From Candidatus Vogelbacteria bacterium RIFOXYD1_FULL_51_18 (lineage in GTDB: Bacteria; Patescibacteriota; Minisyncoccia; Phycocordibacterales; UBA9988), in assembly GCA_001823095.1 (NCBI GenBank), contig MHTL01000014.1, forward strand, positions 1,881-65,880: a DNA stretch of 64,000 bases, written 5' to 3'. The notes beneath the pieces were generated by a model, which searched no databases, had not been told where the DNA came from, and was given only the letters and a program-made list of their open reading frames with translations. The position numbers were made by a program, and so were the translations under genes. Shown here one piece after another: positions 60,493 to 64,000 of the stretch (position 1 is its first letter; each line of letters starts with the position of its first letter).

Positions 60493-61509
60493 ATGTTCAT
60501 CCGACGTCTCGGTATTGATCTGGGTACCGCGAATACTCTCGTGTATGTCCCCGGCAGGGGGATTGTGCTTAATGAACCTTCTGTGGTGGCAATTTCCGAA
60601 TATGACAAAAAAGTCCTTGCGGTGGGAGCCGAGGCAAAAAGGATGATAGGGAAGACTCCTGACTCCATAATTGCTTATCGCCCCATGAAAGACGGTGTCA
60701 TTGCCGACTACCGCGTCACCGAGGCAATGTTGCGCTACTTTATCGGGAAATCTCTCGGGCCTTGGAGTTTTCTCAAACCGGACGTGCTCGTCTCCGTCCC
60801 CGCGGGCATCACCTCCACGGAGCGTCGCGCCGTGATTGAAGCGGCGCTCAAAGCTGGAGCCAAGAACGCCTATGTGGTAAAGGAGCCCATCCTTGCGGCA
60901 ATCGGCGCGGGCATCCCCATCCAGGAAGCAACGGGGCACATGATTGTGGACATCGGCGGCGGCACCACCGATGTTGCCGTCATCTCGCTCGGTGGCATCG
61001 TTGCCTCCACCTCTGTGAAGTGCGCCGGGGACAAACTGGACCATGCAATCGGCGACTATATTAAAAAAAGCTTTAATCTCGCCATTGGCGACAAGAGCGC
61101 GGAGGAGCTGAAAATTCATATCGGCTCGGCTCTCCCCGTTGATGAGGAGCTCACTTATAACTTGAAGGGGCGCGACTTTATCACTGGACTCCCGCGTTCC
61201 ATTGAAATTAAGACCAACGAGATCGTGCGCGCCATACAACCTCAATTGCGGTTTATGATCAAGGCAATCAAAGACGTGTTCCAAGACACGCCGCCGGAGC
61301 TCGCGGCCGATATTATTGACCAGGGAATTACCATGACCGGTGGCTCTTCGCAGCTCCGCAACTTCCCCGAGCTCGTCTTTAAGCGCACGGGAGTAAAGGC
61401 CGCCATTGCGGAAAATGCGCTCTTTTGCGTCGCCAACGGCACTGGCGCGGCGCTCTCGCACCTTGCAATTTACAAGACGAGCATCCTCTCAAAAATTTCA
61501 AAACGGTGA
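60493..61509 (+). CDS. mreB: Rod shape-determining protein MreB
   Basis: GIDLGTANT, VDIGGGTT, TGGSSQL. Confidence 0.97.
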   Translation: MFIRRLGIDLGTANTLVYVPGRGIVLNEPSVVAISEYDKKVLAVGAEAKRMIGKTPDSIIAYRPMKDGVIADYRVTEAMLRYFIGKSLGPWSFLKPDVLVSVPAGITSTERRAVIEAALKAGAKNAYVVKEPILAAIGAGIPIQEATGHMIVDIGGGTTDVAVISLGGIVASTSVKCAGDKLDHAIGDYIKKSFNLAIGDKSAEELKIHIGSALPVDEELTYNLKGRDFITGLPRSIEIKTNEIVRAIQPQLRFMIKAIKDVFQDTPPELAADIIDQGITMTGGSSQLRNFPELVFKRTGVKAAIAENALFCVANGTGAALSHLAIYKTSILSKISKR

Positions 61510-62090
61510 AGCACGACGCACTCCTCTCATATATTGCTACGCATCCTCACCACGCATACATCGTGCGCGGCGCTTTTCCCGAGGCGACGTTGGCTCTTCG
61601 GGATTGCTATCTTGTCGAGCGCGACGTTCTGCGCATAGAAGACGTGCGGTTCTTGCGCGCCTCGGCAAGCCGCATCAATGAGAGCTCCTCAATCATCCTC
61701 CTGCGCGCGCAGGCAATCCTTGTGGAAGCGCAACACGCGCTCCTTAAAGCGCTTGAGGAGCCGGTGGAAGGGCTCATCTACCTGATACATGTGCGCACGG
61801 CGCACTCCTTGCTCTCGACGCTTATCTCGCGCTGTTGTGTTATAGACATGTCTGACCCGTGTGTAAATCCCGAAATAGAGAACTTTCTTTCCTTTTCACT
61901 CCGCAGGCGCATGGACTATATTGCGCAGGCTGTGGAGAGTGAAGGGCACGGGGACGCGTATGCGCTGTTGGAAAATCTTTTGCGAGAGCGGAAAACACAA
62001 ACGCTCCTTACTGCCTATCGTGCAGTAAGCAGGCATCCGCTGGGCCTGCGTCAGATACTAGAGCATTTTGCGCTCACTCTAAAAAACTAA
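61506..62090 (+). CDS. Reduced DNA polymerase III delta'-like subunit
   Basis: HHAYI, IEDVR, EAQHALLKALEEP, LLSTLISRC. Confidence 0.75.
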   Translation: MKHDALLSYIATHPHHAYIVRGAFPEATLALRDCYLVERDVLRIEDVRFLRASASRINESSSIILLRAQAILVEAQHALLKALEEPVEGLIYLIHVRTAHSLLSTLISRCCVIDMSDPCVNPEIENFLSFSLRRRMDYIAQAVESEGHGDAYALLENLLRERKTQTLLTAYRAVSRHPLGLRQILEHFALTLKN

Positions 62091-62111
62091 ACACTGAGTG
62101 TTTAGTTTTTT
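62081..62111. repeat. ACAC-N3-GTGT palindrome with 14-bp arms
   Basis: aaaaaactaaacac-tga-gtgtttagtttttt. Confidence 0.85.
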
Positions 62112-62146
62112 ATTGATAACACAGATTATGATACACTCTTACATAC

Positions 62147-62701
62147 ATGAATTATAATTTTCACACATTCAAGGAACGCGCACAGGCGGTAGAGAATTGG
62201 TTCTCCGAGGAACTTTCACTCCTGCGTACAGGCAAGGCTATTCCCCAGGTGCTAGACAAAGTGCTCGTGGAGGCCTACGGTCAAAAGAGCGAGCTCACGC
62301 ATGTGGGCAGTATTGCGGTGCACGATGCCCGGACGCTCTATATTACGCCATGGGACAGCTCGCTCATAGGGGCGATACAGAAGGGGATAGACGGTGCAAA
62401 CATCGGCGTCTCTGTGGTAGTGGAGGGGGGAGGCGTGCGGGTTATTTTTCCCGAGCTCACCGGCGAGCGGCGTGCCCAGTTGGTAAAACTCGTGGGGCAG
62501 AAACTTGAGGACGCGCGCATTTCACTGCGCGCTGAACGGGAAAAAGTCCTCGGTGACATGAGTATGAAGGAAGAGGATAAGGAGCTCTCTGAAGATGAGC
62601 GCTTCCGCGCCAAGGAGGAACTCCAGCGTCTCATTAACGAGGGTAATGCCCGGTTGGAGACGCTTGCAGAGAAAAAACGCGCGGAAATGAAAACGCTATG
62701 A
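62147..62701 (+). CDS. frr: Ribosome recycling factor
   Basis: LRTGKA, VEAYG, ITPWD, PELTGERR. Confidence 0.95.
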   Translation: MNYNFHTFKERAQAVENWFSEELSLLRTGKAIPQVLDKVLVEAYGQKSELTHVGSIAVHDARTLYITPWDSSLIGAIQKGIDGANIGVSVVVEGGGVRVIFPELTGERRAQLVKLVGQKLEDARISLRAEREKVLGDMSMKEEDKELSEDERFRAKEELQRLINEGNARLETLAEKKRAEMKTL

Positions 62702-63756
62702 ATATCATTATCTTTCTCGCTATTTTAGTGCTGTTGATTATAGTCCATGAGCTGGGGCACTTTATTGTTGCGAAGCGCGCTCGGGTGGGTGTGGACGAAT
62801 TTGCCGTTGGATTCCCTCCGCGCATCTGGGGAGTCCGTAAGGGAGAGACGCTCTACGCGCTGGGCGCACTTCCCATCGGCGGCTACGTTAAAATCAGAGG
62901 TGAGGACGGGGGGTCCCATGATGACCCTCGGTCGCTTGCGAGCAAACCGCGTCTCGTGCAGGCGGCGGTGCTTCTGGGAGGAGTGACGATGAATGCGCTC
63001 CTCGGCTGGGCGCTCATCTCGGGCGGGCTCATGCTGGGGCTCCCCATTTCCGATTCCGCGCTCCCTGAAGGCTACCAGCTCAATAACCCGGCGACTATCA
63101 TCACGAGCGTAAGCGCAGATTCTCCGGCAGCGCGCGCCGGTGTCAATTCCGGTGATACCGTTCTTGCAATCAATACATTGGAGAACCCGACGATAGAGAA
63201 TGTAAAATCAATTGTGGAACGCTCGCCCGGGGGAGTGGAATTTACACTCCTCTCTGACGGAATTTCTCGCACGGTTGTTGTCACGCCGGAAAAAAGCGGA
63301 GGAGAGCAACGCGTCGGCGTCAGTCTTGACCGCATCGGGACCTTACAGCTTTCAATTCCGAATGCCGTCATTTCTGGTTTGTCCATGACTGTCTCGCTGG
63401 TGTGGGCAACACTCTCGGCGCTTGTTGAAATTATCCGCTCGCTCTTTGCAGGCGCACCAGCTTTGGAAGCGCTCACCGGGCCGGTCGGACTGGTGGGTCT
63501 CGTGGGGACCGCGCGTGGGTTGGGATTCATCTACCTTATTTCGCTTACCGCAATCATCTCGGTGAACCTTGCCGTGGTGAACCTGCTCCCATTCCCCGCG
63601 CTTGACGGAGGACGCCTGCTCGTCCTTGCCATTGAGAGTATGCTCCGGCGCCCCCTGCCCGCGCCCCTTACCGGCGCACTGCACCTTGCCGGCTTTATTG
63701 TGCTGATTGCGCTCATGCTCCTGATTACCGTGCGCGATATTCATAATCTCTATTGA
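62698..63756 (+). CDS. rseP: RseP-family site-2 protease with PDZ domain
   Basis: HELGHF, PIGGYV, NLLPFPALDGG. Confidence 0.95.
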   Translation: MNIIIFLAILVLLIIVHELGHFIVAKRARVGVDEFAVGFPPRIWGVRKGETLYALGALPIGGYVKIRGEDGGSHDDPRSLASKPRLVQAAVLLGGVTMNALLGWALISGGLMLGLPISDSALPEGYQLNNPATIITSVSADSPAARAGVNSGDTVLAINTLENPTIENVKSIVERSPGGVEFTLLSDGISRTVVVTPEKSGGEQRVGVSLDRIGTLQLSIPNAVISGLSMTVSLVWATLSALVEIIRSLFAGAPALEALTGPVGLVGLVGTARGLGFIYLISLTAIISVNLAVVNLLPFPALDGGRLLVLAIESMLRRPLPAPLTGALHLAGFIVLIALMLLITVRDIHNLY

Positions 63757-63776
63757 TGTGCGTTATACTGTAGGGG

Positions 63777-64000
63777 ATGGCTCGCGCATATTCATCCAAA
63801 ACGCTCCCCATCGCCGCATCGCTCGCTTTTGCGTTTGTTATTGTGCTCATTGCTCTCTCATGGGAATGGCCGCCGATAGCTACGGAGCAAGGAGCGGATG
63901 TGTTCAGTGACGGAGAAGTACGCATGCCGCCGACTTCTGCATACTGCACAGCGCCCGGAGGTGAGACGCTTGCAGATCGTTTTACCGCCTTTAAAAAGCT
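63777..64000 (+). CDS. Hypothetical membrane-anchored protein, 3'-partial
   Basis: ATG after TATACT; hydrophobic N-terminus; open to the window end. Confidence 0.5.
   Translation, partial: MARAYSSKTLPIAASLAFAFVIVLIALSWEWPPIATEQGADVFSDGEVRMPPTSAYCTAPGGETLADRFTAFKK

Overview
A 64-kb chromosomal segment that looks like a Patescibacteria/CPR genome, probably Parcubacteria. The assignment is inferred from compact RpoB/SMC/PriA, orphan type IV pilins, a stand-alone PaaX/Cas2-like gene, many apparently leaderless genes, and genetic code 11. Most of the window is housekeeping: gyrB, thrS, dnaE, rnhB, rpmF, nusB-Nudix, rnc, smc, rnr, rpsP, khpA, trmD, rpoB, rpoC, dnaG, rpoD, glycerate kinase-ppsA-hydroxyacid dehydrogenase, dacA, eno, mpg, two pyrD, pyrC, prmC, hpf, fmt, def, priA, murA, mreB, frr, rseP. 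An AT-rich island (about 38-45.6 kb) abuts tRNA-Asn(GTT) and carries Fic, Panacea plus a putative toxin, AbiE and a large serine recombinase. The unusual signals are mostly non-coding. (1) The PaaX/Cas2-like gene is bracketed by twin 38-bp palindromes with a CACGATCGTG core, and perfect solo palindromes with the same core but different arms lie upstream of other promoters. (2) Families of short palindromes occur inside essential genes without breaking the frame, and one interrupts a copy of the tRNA 5' end. (3) The recombinase C-terminus appears to span the att site. (4) Orphan genes sit in promoter-boxA-SD-ORF-terminator cassettes. All calls come from reading motifs by eye; no searches were run.
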